This document shows, piece by piece, positions 26,170 through 36,596 of a stretch of 64,000 bases of DNA. The stretch comes from an uncultured delta proteobacterium (GTDB lineage: Bacteria; Myxococcota; Myxococcia; Myxococcales; Anaeromyxobacteraceae): positions 704,001 through 768,000 of the forward strand of contig CAVYBH010000008.1 of assembly GCA_963766715.1 (NCBI GenBank), in the 5' to 3' direction. How positions within the stretch are numbered: position 1 is the first letter of the stretch; every line of letters starts with the position of its first letter. The notes beneath the pieces are model-generated. The model saw only the letters and a list, made by a program, of their open reading frames with translations, was not told the origin of the DNA and made no database searches. A program made the position numbers and the translations under genes.

Positions 26170-27475
26170 CGACTCGCGCCGGTTCCACCCCGCCAGCGCC
26201 CCCGACTACGTGCCGGCCGAGCAGCTGCGGGGCCTCCAGCTCGAGCGGCTGCAGCGCATCGTCCGCCGGGCCTACGACCGGGTGCCGCTCTTCCGCACCC
26301 GCTGCCAGGAGCGGCAGGTCGCCCCGGCCGATCTCAAGTCGCTCGAGCACCTGGCGCGCTTCCCGTTCACGCTGAAGACCGACCTCCGGGACACCTATCC
26401 CTTCGGCCTCTTCGCGAGCCCCATGGAGGAGGTGGTCCGCCTCCACGCCTCGTCGGGGACGACCGGCAAGCCCACCGTGGTGGCCTACACCCAGGGTGAC
26501 CTGGACGTCTGGACCGAGGTCATGGTCCGCGCCTTCGCCGCCTGCGGGCTCCACCGGGGCGACGTGGTGCAGAACGCCTACGGCTACGGCCTCTTCACCG
26601 GCGGCCTGGGCGCCCACTACGGCGCCGAGGCGCTGGGCGCGACGGTCATCCCCATCTCCGGCGGCAACACCGACCGGCAGATCATGGTGCTCCAGGACTT
26701 CGCGGTCACCGCCATCTGCTGCACGCCCAGCTACTTCCTGCACCTGGTCGAGCGGGCCAAGGAGCTGGGCGCGGACTTCTCCCGGCTGCGGGCCGGGATC
26801 TTCGGGGCCGAGCCCTGGAGCGAGGCCATGCGGCGCCGCATCGAGGCCGACACCGGCGTGAAGGCCTACGACATCTACGGCCTCTCCGAGATCATCGGCC
26901 CGGGCGTGGGCATCGAGTGCTTCGCCCAGTCCGGCCTGCACGTCTTCGAGGACCACTTCTACCCGGAGGTGGTCGACCCGGCGACGGGGCAGGTGCTCCC
27001 GGACGGCGCGGAGGGGGAGCTCGTGCTCACCACCCTCTCCAAGGACGCCATGCCGATGATCCGGTACCGGACCCGCGACGTGACCGCGATCATCCCCGAG
27101 CCCTGCGCCTGCGGCCGGACCATCCGGCGCATCCGCCGCATCGGGCGGCGGTCCGACGACATGTTCATCATCCGCGGCGTGAACGTCTTCCCCAGCCAGG
27201 TGGAGACGGCGCTGCTGGCGGTGGAGGGGACGCTGCCGCACTACCAGATCGTCCTCACGCGCGAGAAGGGGCTCGACGAGGTGGAGGTCCGGGTCGAGGT
27301 GACCCCCGAGGTCTTCTCCGACCAGGTCCGCGCCCTCGAATCGCTGCAGCACAAGCTGGAGCAGTCGCTCGACCACACCCTCGGCATCCGCGCCCGCGTC
27401 ACCCTCGTCGGTCCGCGCACCATCCAGCGGAGCGAGGGAAAGGCGAAACGGGTCATCGACCAGCGGCAGATCTGA
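26156..27475 (+). CDS. paaK: Phenylacetate-CoA ligase family protein (copy 1)
   Basis: [54 protein letters not shown]. Confidence 0.92.
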   Translation: MSTPDDSRRFHPASAPDYVPAEQLRGLQLERLQRIVRRAYDRVPLFRTRCQERQVAPADLKSLEHLARFPFTLKTDLRDTYPFGLFASPMEEVVRLHASSGTTGKPTVVAYTQGDLDVWTEVMVRAFAACGLHRGDVVQNAYGYGLFTGGLGAHYGAEALGATVIPISGGNTDRQIMVLQDFAVTAICCTPSYFLHLVERAKELGADFSRLRAGIFGAEPWSEAMRRRIEADTGVKAYDIYGLSEIIGPGVGIECFAQSGLHVFEDHFYPEVVDPATGQVLPDGAEGELVLTTLSKDAMPMIRYRTRDVTAIIPEPCACGRTIRRIRRIGRRSDDMFIIRGVNVFPSQVETALLAVEGTLPHYQIVLTREKGLDEVEVRVEVTPEVFSDQVRALESLQHKLEQSLDHTLGIRARVTLVGPRTIQRSEGKAKRVIDQRQI

Positions 27476-27492
27476 CCCCCGGAGGACCGGAC

Positions 27493-27936
27493 ATGAAGCT
27501 TCGGCAGCTGTCGCTCTTTCTCGAGAACCGCCCCGGCGCGCTGCGCCTGCCCTGCCAGGTGCTGGGCGAGGCCGGCATCGACATCCTCTCCCTCTCCCTC
27601 GCCGACACGCAGCAGTTCGGCATCCTCCGCCTCATCGTGAAGGAGGAGGAGCGGGCCCGGAAGGTGCTCGAGGAGGCCGGCTGCGTGGTGAAGGTCACCG
27701 ACGTGCTGGCCGTCGAGGTGCCCGACCGGGCCGGCGGGCTGGCCGACATGCTCGGCGTCTTCGAGGGGTCGGGGCTCTCGGTCGAGTACCTCTACCCGCT
27801 CGTGGCCGGGCACCGGGGCAAGACCGCGGTGCTCCTGCTGCGCGTCGAGGACCCGGATCGCGCCGCCGGCCTGCTGGCCGGCCGCAAGGTGCGCGTGCTC
27901 ACGCGCGAAGAGGCGTTCGAGGCGGTCGGGGCCTGA
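27493..27936 (+). CDS. Tandem ACT domain protein
   Basis: QLSLFLENRPG, ADTQQFGILRL, VPDRAGGL; GGAGG RBS. Confidence 0.9.
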   Translation: MKLRQLSLFLENRPGALRLPCQVLGEAGIDILSLSLADTQQFGILRLIVKEEERARKVLEEAGCVVKVTDVLAVEVPDRAGGLADMLGVFEGSGLSVEYLYPLVAGHRGKTAVLLLRVEDPDRAAGLLAGRKVRVLTREEAFEAVGA

Positions 27937-27945
27937 CGGCCGGGC

Positions 27946-29268
27946 ATGCGGACCTCCTCCGAGAGCCGCGTCTTCGATCCGGCAGAGGTCCTGCCGCGCG
28001 AACAGCTGCGGGCCCTCCAGCTGGCGCGCCTGCGCGACTCGCTCGCCCGGGCCGCCACCCTTCCCTACTACGAGCGGGCGCTGCACGCCGCGGGCGTCTC
28101 TCCCCCGGACCTCCGTTCCCCCGACGAGGTGGGTCGCCTCCCCTTCACCACCAAGGCCGACCTGCGCGCCCACTACCCGCTCGGGCTGGTCACCGTCCCG
28201 CGCGCCGAGATCGCCCGGGTCCACGGATCGTCCGGGACCACCGGGCGGCCCACCTTCGTGGCCTACACCCGCGGGGATCTGGAGACCTGGTCCGGGCTGT
28301 GCGCCCGCTTCCTGGTCGCGGGGGGCCTGCGCCCCGAGCACCTGGTCCACGTGGCCTTCGGCTACGGCCTCTTCACCGGCGGCTTCGGGCTGCACCAGGG
28401 CATCGAGCGGGTGGGCGCGGGCATCGTGCCGGTCGCGGGCGGGAACACCCCCCGCCAGGTGATGCTGCTGCGCGACCTGCGGCCGGACGTGCTGGTGTGC
28501 ACGCCCAGCTACGCGCTGCACATCGCCGAGGTGGCGCGCGCCGACGGCGGCGACCCGCGCGACCTGGGGCTGTCGCTCGGCCACTTCGGCGGCGAGCCCT
28601 GGACCGAGGAGATGCGCGTCGAGATCGAGCGCGAGCTCGCCATCCGGGCGTTCAACAACTACGGCCTCTCCGAGGTGATCGGTCCCGGCGTCTCCGGCGA
28701 GTGCGCGGCCCGGGCCGGCATGCACGTGGCCGAGGACCACTTCCTCGTCGAGTGCCTCGACCCCGTCACCCTGCGCCCGGTGCCGGACGGCGCGGTGGGC
28801 GAGCTGGTCTTCACCAGCCTGACCAAGGAGGCCATGCCGATCGTCCGCTACCGCACGCGGGACCTGGCCTCCCTCGACCGCTCGCCCTGCGCCTGCGGCC
28901 GCACCGGCGTCCGGATGAGCCGGGTGGTGGGGCGCTCCGACGACATGTTCATCGTCCGGGGCGTGAACGTCTTCCCGTCCCAGATCGAGGAGGCGCTGCT
29001 CCGGGTGGAGGGGGCCGCGCCCCACTACCTGATCGAGATCGCCCGGCCCGGCACCCTGGACGAGGCGGTGGTGCGGGTGGAGATCCGTCCGGGCGACTTC
29101 TCCGACGAGATGCGCCAGATGGTGGCCCTGCGGGACCGCATCGACCACGAGATCCACTCCATCACCGGGATCCGGATGACCATCGAGCTGGTGGCGCCGA
29201 ACTCGATCGACCGGAGCGAGGGGAAGGCGCGCCGCGTCATCGACCACCGGCAGCTTCGCCCCGCCTGA
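27946..29268 (+). CDS. paaK: Phenylacetate-CoA ligase family protein (copy 2)
   Basis: HGSSGTTGRPT, YGLFTGG, NYGLSE, GKARRVID. Confidence 0.9.
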   Translation: MRTSSESRVFDPAEVLPREQLRALQLARLRDSLARAATLPYYERALHAAGVSPPDLRSPDEVGRLPFTTKADLRAHYPLGLVTVPRAEIARVHGSSGTTGRPTFVAYTRGDLETWSGLCARFLVAGGLRPEHLVHVAFGYGLFTGGFGLHQGIERVGAGIVPVAGGNTPRQVMLLRDLRPDVLVCTPSYALHIAEVARADGGDPRDLGLSLGHFGGEPWTEEMRVEIERELAIRAFNNYGLSEVIGPGVSGECAARAGMHVAEDHFLVECLDPVTLRPVPDGAVGELVFTSLTKEAMPIVRYRTRDLASLDRSPCACGRTGVRMSRVVGRSDDMFIVRGVNVFPSQIEEALLRVEGAAPHYLIEIARPGTLDEAVVRVEIRPGDFSDEMRQMVALRDRIDHEIHSITGIRMTIELVAPNSIDRSEGKARRVIDHRQLRPA

Positions 29269-29354
29269 GCCCTCCCCCGAACGACGCCCCTGCTGCGGAC
29301 CCGGGCTTCGATCGGGTATCCTGCGCGGTCCCGTTTCCCTCCGCCGGAGGCCTC

Positions 29355-30497
29355 ATGCGCATCGCCCGTCCCGCCGTCCTCGCCGCCCTCCTCCTCCTCG
29401 CCCGGGGCAGCCCCGCCGCGGCCGCCGAGGACGTGAAGATCGGCGCGCTCCTCTCGGTGACCGGCCCGGCGGCCTTCCTGGGCGCGCCCGAGGCCCGCAC
29501 GCTGGAGATGCTGGCGGAGCAGGTGAACGCCCGGGGCGGCATCGCCGGCCACAAGGTGAAGCTCATCGTGAAGGACACCGGCGGCTCGCCGGAGAAGGCC
29601 GTCTCCTTCGCCCGCCAGCTCATCGACGAGGAGAAGGTCTTCGCCATCCTGGGGCCGTCCACCTCGGGCGAGACCATGGCCGTGAAGAACATCGCCGAGG
29701 AGGGCAAGACCCCGCTCATCTCGCTGGCGGCGGCCGAGGTGATCGTGAACCCGGTGGCGCCGAACGTCTTCAAGACGGCGCAGAAGGACAGCCACGCCGC
29801 GGCGCTCATCTTCCAGGACATGAAGAAGCGCGGCATCACCCGCATCGCCGTCTTCTCCTCCAACACCGGCTTCGGCAAGGCCGGCAAGGAGCAGATCGCC
29901 AGGCTCGCCCCGGAGTACGGGATCCAGATCGTCCTCGACGAGGTCTACGACAAGGCCGCCACCGACCTCTCCGCCGAGGCCACCAAGCTCAAGGGCTCGA
30001 ACGCCCAGGCGGTGCTCAACTGGTCCATCGAGCCGGCCCAGTCGATCCTGGTGAAGAACATCCGGCAGCTGGGGATCGCCATCCCGATCTACCAGAGCCA
30101 CGGGTTCGGGAACCTGGCCTACGTGAAGGCGGCCGGCCCGGCCGCCGAGGGCGTCATCTTCCCCCTCGGGCGCCTGCTGGTCGCCGACGCGCTCCCGGCC
30201 GGCCACCCGCAGAAGGCGGTGCTCGTCGCCTACCGCGACGCCTACCAGAAGAAGTACGGCGAGGAGGTGAGCGGCTTCGGCGGCTACGCCTGGGACGGCT
30301 TCCAGCTGCTCGCGCTCGCCATCGAGAAGGCGGGGCTCGACCGGGCCAAGGTGCGCGCCGCGCTCGAGTCGACCCAGGGGTTCGTCGGGCAGAGCGGCGT
30401 CTTCCGCTTCTCGCCGGCCGACCACAACGGCCTCGGGATGGACTCCTTCGAGATGCTCACCGTGAAGGACGGCAAGTTCGTCCTGCTCGCCAAGTGA
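29355..30497 (+). CDS. Branched-chain amino acid-type ABC substrate-binding protein (copy 1)
   Basis: Signal peptide; KIGALLSVTGPAAFLG; LivJ/K-like. Confidence 0.9.
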   Translation: MRIARPAVLAALLLLARGSPAAAAEDVKIGALLSVTGPAAFLGAPEARTLEMLAEQVNARGGIAGHKVKLIVKDTGGSPEKAVSFARQLIDEEKVFAILGPSTSGETMAVKNIAEEGKTPLISLAAAEVIVNPVAPNVFKTAQKDSHAAALIFQDMKKRGITRIAVFSSNTGFGKAGKEQIARLAPEYGIQIVLDEVYDKAATDLSAEATKLKGSNAQAVLNWSIEPAQSILVKNIRQLGIAIPIYQSHGFGNLAYVKAAGPAAEGVIFPLGRLLVADALPAGHPQKAVLVAYRDAYQKKYGEEVSGFGGYAWDGFQLLALAIEKAGLDRAKVRAALESTQGFVGQSGVFRFSPADHNGLGMDSFEMLTVKDGKFVLLAK

Positions 30498-30508
30498 GGA
30501 GCGGCGCC

Positions 30509-31651
30509 ATGAACTCCCGCCTGCGGACCCTGGTCCTCGTCGCCGCGGCTTCCTTCCCGGCCGCCTCGCTCGCCGCCCCCGAGCCCATCAAGGTGGGCGC
30601 GCTGCTGGCCGTCACCGGGCCGGCCTCGTTCCTCGGCGCTCCGGAGGCCAGGACGCTCGAGATGCGCGTCCAGGAGCTGAACGCGAAGGGCGGCGTGGGC
30701 GGGCGCCCGATCCAGCTCGTCCTCAAGGACACGGGGGCGAGCCCCGAGAAGGCCGTCTCCTTCGCCCGCCAGCTCATCGAGGAGGAGAAGGTCTTCGCCA
30801 TCATCGGGCCGTCCACCTCCGGGGAGTCGATGGCGGTGAAGGCGCTGGCCGAGGAGGGCAAGACGCTCCTGCTCTCCGCCGCGGCCGCCGAGGCCATCGT
30901 GACCCCGGTGCTCCCGCACGTCTTCAAGGTGGCGCCCAAGGACAGCTTCGCCGTCGAGGTGATCTTCCAGCGCATGAAGAAGACGGGCATCACCCGCATC
31001 GGGCTCCTCTCCTCCAACACCGGGTTCGGCAAGGGCGGCAAGGAGCAGGTGGAGCGGCTCGCGCCCCAGTACGGCATCACGCTGGCCGTGAACGACGTCT
31101 ACGACAAGAACGCCACCGACCTGACCGCCGAGGTCACCAAGCTGAAGGCCGCCGGCGTCCAGGCCGTCCTCAACTGGTCGATCGAGCCGGCCCAGTCGAT
31201 CGTGGTGAAGAACGTCCGGCAGCTGGGCCTCGCCATCCCCATCTTCCAGAGCCACGGGTTCGCCAACCTCCAGTACGTGAAGGCCGCCGGGAGCGCCGCC
31301 GAGGGCGTCATCTTCCCGGCCAGCCGCATCGTGGTGGCCGACCAGCTTCCGGCCGGCAATCCGCAGAAGCCGGTGGTCGAGGCCTACCGGAAGGCCTACG
31401 AGGCGCGCTACGGCGAGGACGTCTCCACCTTCGGCGGCCACGCCTGGGACGCCCTCGGCATCCTGGTGGCGGCCATCGAGAAGGCCGGGCCCGACCGGGA
31501 GAAGGTGCGGACCGCCGTGGAGGGCATGAAGGGCTTCGTGGGAACCGCCGGCGTCTTCAACTTCTCGCCCACCGACCACAACGGGCTCGACATCGGGGCC
31601 TTCGAGCTCTGCACGGTGAAGAACGGCCGCTTCGTCCCGCTCGGGAGCTGA
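30509..31651 (+). CDS. Branched-chain amino acid-type ABC substrate-binding protein (copy 2)
   Basis: Close paralog of the preceding gene, same length (380 aa). Confidence 0.9.
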   Translation: MNSRLRTLVLVAAASFPAASLAAPEPIKVGALLAVTGPASFLGAPEARTLEMRVQELNAKGGVGGRPIQLVLKDTGASPEKAVSFARQLIEEEKVFAIIGPSTSGESMAVKALAEEGKTLLLSAAAAEAIVTPVLPHVFKVAPKDSFAVEVIFQRMKKTGITRIGLLSSNTGFGKGGKEQVERLAPQYGITLAVNDVYDKNATDLTAEVTKLKAAGVQAVLNWSIEPAQSIVVKNVRQLGLAIPIFQSHGFANLQYVKAAGSAAEGVIFPASRIVVADQLPAGNPQKPVVEAYRKAYEARYGEDVSTFGGHAWDALGILVAAIEKAGPDREKVRTAVEGMKGFVGTAGVFNFSPTDHNGLDIGAFELCTVKNGRFVPLGS

Positions 31652-31675
31652 GCCGCGCGCGGCGACCCCGGCCCC

Positions 31676-32567
31676 ATGTCCATCGACCTCGCCCTCCAGT
31701 ACCTCGTCGCCGGGCTGACGTACGGGTCGATCTACGCGGTCGTCGCGATCGGCTTCAACATCGTCTACAGCGCCACCGGCATCATCAACTTCGCCCAGGG
31801 CGAGTTCGTGATGCTGGGCGGCATGCTGGCCGTCTCGCTGGCGCGGTTCGTCCCGCTGCCGCTGGCGATCGCCGGCGCGGTGGCGGCCACCGCCGCGGTC
31901 GGCGCGCTGGTCGAGATCTCGCTGCTGCGCTGGCTCTGGAAGCCCACGGTACTGCGCATGGTGGTCATCACCATCGGCGCCTCGATCCTCCTCCGGGAGG
32001 GGGCGCTCTTCCTCTGGGGCGAGGGGGTCCGCTCGCTCCCCTACTTCACCGGCGACGAGGTGACGTCGGTGGGCGATGCTGGGGGCGCGGGTGTCGCCCC
32101 AGGTGTTCTGGGTCCTGGGGACGGTGGCCCTCATCGTCGGCGCCCTGGAGTGGTTCTACCGGCGCACGCTGCTCGGCTGGGAGATGCGGGCCTGCGCGGC
32201 CAACAAGGACGCGGCGGCCCTCTGCGGCGTCCCGGTGCGCAGGCTCGTCAGCCTCTCCTTCGCCATGGCCGCGGCCATCGGGGCGCTGGCCGGCGCGGTG
32301 GTCTCGCCCATCACCTACACCTCCTACGCGGTGGGCGGACCGCTCGCCATCAAGGGCTTCACGGTCGCCATCCTGGGCGGCCTGGGCAACTCGGGGGGCG
32401 CGGTGGCGGCCGGCCTGGCGCTCGGCGTGGTCGAGTCCTTCGCGGTCTCGGTGCTGCCGGCCGCCTACAAGGACGTGGTCACGCTCTCGCTCCTGCTGGC
32501 GGTCCTGGTGGTCCGCCCGAGCGGCCTCTTCGCGAGCGGCGAGGCCGCGCGGCTGAAGGAATTCTGA
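31676..32567 (+). CDS. livH: ABC permease, LivH-like (frameshift ~32075)
   Basis: GSIYAVVAIGF, IINFAQGE, KGFTVAILGGLG, RPSGLF. Confidence 0.85.
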
Positions 32568-33653
32568 TGGGCCGGCGCCTCCCCGCCCCGGCCCGCGTGG
32601 CCCTGCTCGTCGCCGCGACCATCGCGGTGCAGCTCGCCACGCTGGCGTCGGGCAAGGGCTTCTACCTGACGCAGCTCACCATGACGGCCTACTACGCGCT
32701 GGCCGTGCTGGGGCTCTCGCTGCTCATGGGATACGCCGGGCAGATCTCGCTCGGGCAGGCCGGGTTCTTCGCCATCGGCGGCTACACGGCCGCCTTCCTC
32801 TCCACGGTCGACCTGGCCTCCCGGAAGGCCCAGCCGGCCGTCGCGCTGGCCACCCGGATCGGGCTCCTCGTCGCCCGCCCCGACCTGTACGGCGGGGATC
32901 TGCTCGCGGTGAACCCCTGGCTCGGCCTCGTGGCCGGCGTGGGGCTGGCCGTCGGCCGTGGCCTTCGCCGTGGGCGTTCCGGTGCTCCGGCTGCGGGGCC
33001 ACTACCTGGCCATGGCCACGCTCGCCTTCGGGACCATCGTCTCGGCGGTGGTGGTGGGGACGCAGCGGCTGGGGGCGGCCGACGGGATCTCCGGGGTCCC
33101 GCCCTTCCCGGTGTTCCCCGGCGTCCGGGTCGGCGGCGGCTCGGCCGACCGGGTGGTGAACTACTACCTGGCCTGGGGGCTCGTGGTGCTCGCCATGCTC
33201 CTGCTCGGCAACCTGGTGCGCTCCCGCACCGGCCGGGCGCTGCGGGCCATCCACGGCGCCGAGGACGCGGCCCGGGCCATGGGCGTCGACGCGGCGCGGC
33301 TCAAGGTCCGGGTCTTCGTGCTGGCGGCGGCGCTGTCGGCCGCGGCCGGCGTCTTCCTCACCCATTACGTCGGCGGCATCGGCCCCTCCGAGGCCTCGGT
33401 GATGAAGTCGGTGCGCTACGTGGCCATGGTGGCGGTGGGGGGCATGGGCAGCCTCTGGGGCGCGCTCGCCGCCACCAGCGTGCTCGAGTTCCTCTCGCTC
33501 CGCGGCGTCTTCGGCGCCCACGACGACGCGGTGTTCGGGGGCATCCTCCTCGCGGTGATGCTCTTCGCGCCCGACGGGATCCTGGAGATCCGCGGCCGCG
33601 CGCTGCGCTCCCGGCTCGCCGGACGGCGCGCCGAGCCCGGGGAGGGCGCATGA
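32567..33653 (+). CDS. livM: ABC permease, LivM-like (frameshift ~32955)
   Basis: GYAGQISLGQAGF, RLRGHYLAMATL, GGMGSLWG. Confidence 0.85.
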
Positions 33654-34408
33654 CGCTCCTCGAGGTGAGCGGGGTCTCGAAGCGCTTCGGCGGCGTCCAG
33701 GCCGTGCAGGGGGTCTCCTTCCGCGTCCGCAAGGGAGCGGTGAAGGCGGTCATCGGGCCGAACGGCGCGGGGAAGACCACCCTCTTCGACCTGCTCTCCG
33801 GCTTCCGCGCGCCCGACGAGGGGACGGTGCGGCTGCGCGACCAGGCCATCCAGGGGCTCGAGCCCCATCAGGTCGCCGCGCTCGGCCTCTCCCGCACCTT
33901 CCAGAACTTGAAGCTGTTCGGCCACATGACGGCGCTCGAGAACGTGATGGTGGGACGGCACACCCGCAGCCGCGCCGGCATGCTCGCCGGCATGCTCTCG
34001 CCTCCGCGCGCGCGGAGGGAGGAGCGCGCCATCGAGGAGCGGGCCCGCGAGGAGATGCGCTTCCTGGGCATCGAGGGGCTGGCCGGGTCGCCGGCCGGGA
34101 GCCTCGCCTACGGGCAGCAGCGCGCCGTGGAGCTGGCGCGCGCGCTCGCCGCCGAGCCGGAGCTCCTGCTCCTCGACGAGCCGGCCGCCGGCCTGAACAT
34201 GCGGGAGACCGCCGAGCTGGCCGATCGCGTGCTCTCCATCCGGGACCGCGGCGTCACGGTGCTCCTCGTCGAGCACGACATGTCGCTCGTGATGCGCATC
34301 TCCGACGAGGTGGCGGTCCTCTGCTTCGGCCAGAAGATCGCCGACGCCGACCCGCGCACCGTGCAGCGCGACCCGGAGGTCGTGCGGGTCTACCTGGGAG
34401 ACGACTAG
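33650..34408 (+). CDS. livG: ABC ATPase, LivG-like
   Basis: GPNGAGKTT, RTFQN, LAYGQQR, LLLDEP, VEHDM. Confidence 0.9.
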   Translation: MTLLEVSGVSKRFGGVQAVQGVSFRVRKGAVKAVIGPNGAGKTTLFDLLSGFRAPDEGTVRLRDQAIQGLEPHQVAALGLSRTFQNLKLFGHMTALENVMVGRHTRSRAGMLAGMLSPPRARREERAIEERAREEMRFLGIEGLAGSPAGSLAYGQQRAVELARALAAEPELLLLDEPAAGLNMRETAELADRVLSIRDRGVTVLLVEHDMSLVMRISDEVAVLCFGQKIADADPRTVQRDPEVVRVYLGDD

Positions 34409-35134
34409 GTGCTGCGGGTCCGCAACCTCGACGTGGCCTACGGCCCGGTCGCCGCGCTCCGGCGGGTCTCCCTCCACGTGAACCAGGGAGAGGTCGCCAC
34501 CATCATCGGCGCGAACGGCGCCGGGAAGACCACGCTGCTCCGCTGCCTGGCCGGCCTCACCCCGGCCCGGGGCGGCGAGGTCCTCTTCCGCGGGGATCCG
34601 GTGCGCGGCTTCCGGCCGGAGCGGATGGTGGCGCTCGGCTGCTCGCTCGTGCCGGAAGGGCGGCAGGTCTTCGCCGCGCTCCCGGTGCGCGAGAACCTCC
34701 TCATCGGCGGCTCGGTGCGCGTCCGGCGCGGGCACCGGCGCGAGGTGGACGAGGACCTGGAGCGCATCTACCGGCTCTTCCCCCGGCTGCAGGAGCGGGA
34801 GCGGCAGCTCGCCGGCACGCTCTCCGGCGGCGAGCAGCAGATGCTCGCCATCGGGCGCGCGCTCATGGCGCGGCCGGCGCTGGTCATGCTCGACGAGCCG
34901 TCCATGGGGCTCGCGCCGCTCGTGGTGAAGGACATCCTCTCCACCGTCCTGCGCATCGCCGCGGGCGGGACGACCGTCCTGCTCGTGGAGCAGAACGCCC
35001 GCAGCGCGCTGCGCGTGGCCCGGCGCGGCTACGTGCTCGAGAACGGGCGGGTGGTGCTGGAGGGCACGTCGGAGGAGCTGCTCGCCAATCGCGACGTGCA
35101 GCGGGCCTACCTGGGCAGCGAGGTGATTCCATGA
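34409..35134 (+). CDS. livF: ABC ATPase, LivF-like
   Basis: GANGAGKTT, VPEGR, LSGGEQQML, DEPSMGL, VEQN. Confidence 0.92.
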   Translation: MLRVRNLDVAYGPVAALRRVSLHVNQGEVATIIGANGAGKTTLLRCLAGLTPARGGEVLFRGDPVRGFRPERMVALGCSLVPEGRQVFAALPVRENLLIGGSVRVRRGHRREVDEDLERIYRLFPRLQERERQLAGTLSGGEQQMLAIGRALMARPALVMLDEPSMGLAPLVVKDILSTVLRIAAGGTTVLLVEQNARSALRVARRGYVLENGRVVLEGTSEELLANRDVQRAYLGSEVIP

Positions 35135-36400
35135 GCTGGCAGCCGGATCGCGAGGAGATGGACCGGGCGGAGATCGATCAGCTGCAGCTGGAGCGGCTGG
35201 AGGCCACGCTGAACCGGGTCCAGCGCAGCGTGCCCTTCTACCGGAAGCGCTTCGCGGAGGCCGGCTTCGAGGCCGAGGGGCTCCGGTCGCTCACGGAGCT
35301 GGGGAAGCTCCCCTTCACCACCAAGCAGGACCTGCGCGACAACCATCCCTACGGCCTCTTCGCCGTGCCGCTGCGGGACGTGGTGCGGGTCCACGCCTCC
35401 TCGGGCACCACCGGGCTCGCCACCGCGGTGGGCTACACCCGCAACGACCTCAAGAACTGGTCCGACCTGGTGGCCCGGGTGCTCGTGGCCGGCGGCGTCG
35501 GCAAGGACGACGTGGTCCAGGTGGCCTTCGACTACGGGCTCTTCACCGGCGCCTTCGGCTTCCACCAGGGCGCCGAGCGGCTGGGCGCGTCGGTCATCCC
35601 GGTCTCCTCGGCGAGCGCGGCGCGGCAGGTCGGCATCCTGCGCGACTACCGGAGCACGGCGCTCGTCTGCACGCCCAGCCACGCGATGACGCTGGCGGAC
35701 GCCGCCCTGGACGCCGGGATCGAGCCCGGCTCGCTCTCGCTGCGCTTCGGCCTCTTCGGCGCGGAGCCCTGGTCGGAGTCGATGCGCGCCGACCTGCAGG
35801 CCAGGCTGAAGGTCGCGGCCACCGACAACTACGGGCTCTCGGAGGTCGGGGGCCCCGGCGTGGCCGGCGAGTGCATGGACCGGCGCGGGCTGCACGTGGC
35901 GGAGGACCACTTCCTCGTCGAGGTGGTGGACCCCGAGACCCTCGAGCCGGTGGCCGACGGGACGGTGGGCGAGCTGGTCGTGACCACCCTCACCCGGGAG
36001 GCCCTGCCGGTGGTGCGCTTCCGGACCCGCGACCTGGCCTCGCTCACGCGCGTGCCCTGCGCCTGCGGGAGGACGCTCGCCCGCATGAGCCGGGTGAAGG
36101 GGCGCACCGACGACCTCCTCATCGTGAAGGGGGCGCGCGTCTTCCCCTCCGAGATCGAGGCCGTGCTCCTCGGCGTGGAGGGCACCCAGCCGCACTACGA
36201 GATCGTCCTCGACCGGCACGAGGAGGCCCTGGTCCGCGTGGAGGCGTCCACCCCCGGGGACGACGCCCTGCGCGGGGTCGTCGAGCGGCGGCTGGCCTCG
36301 GCCCTGGGGGTCGCGGTGGCGGTCGAGCTGGTGGCCCCCCGCGTCGCTCTCCCGCTCCGAGGGCAAGGCGCGCCGGGTGATCGACCGGCGCCGCGCCTGA
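35131..36400 (+). CDS. paaK: Phenylacetate-CoA ligase family protein (copy 3, divergent; frameshift ~36345)
   Basis: [38 protein letters not shown] in the shifted frame ending at 36400. Confidence 0.85.
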
Positions 36401-36438
36401 CGCCCCGCCGGCCGCACGAGCACCGCGGTGCGGCCGCC

Positions 36439-36468
36439 ATGACGCGCAGCGTCGAATGACGCGCAGCG
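36439..36468. repeat. Tandem 13-bp direct repeat ATGACGCGCAGCG (17-bp period), candidate operator
   Basis: Copies at 36439-36451 and 36456-36468; each extends into an imperfect TGACGC-N3-GCG(T/C)C(G/A) palindrome; TTGACA at 36505-36510. Confidence 0.6.
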
Positions 36469-36596
36469 CCACGAAATTGCTTGAGGGACGGGCCTCTCGT
36501 CGTCTTGACATGGCCCCTTCCAGCGACAAGAAAGGTCGCTTACGCGTCGCACTCCGTGCGCCCGCGCCTGGGTTCACCCACAGTCCTGGAGGCAGA

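Noticed and set aside
36439..36468. CRISPR-like repeat
   Set aside because: Only two 13-bp units with a 4-bp spacer, and no cas genes.
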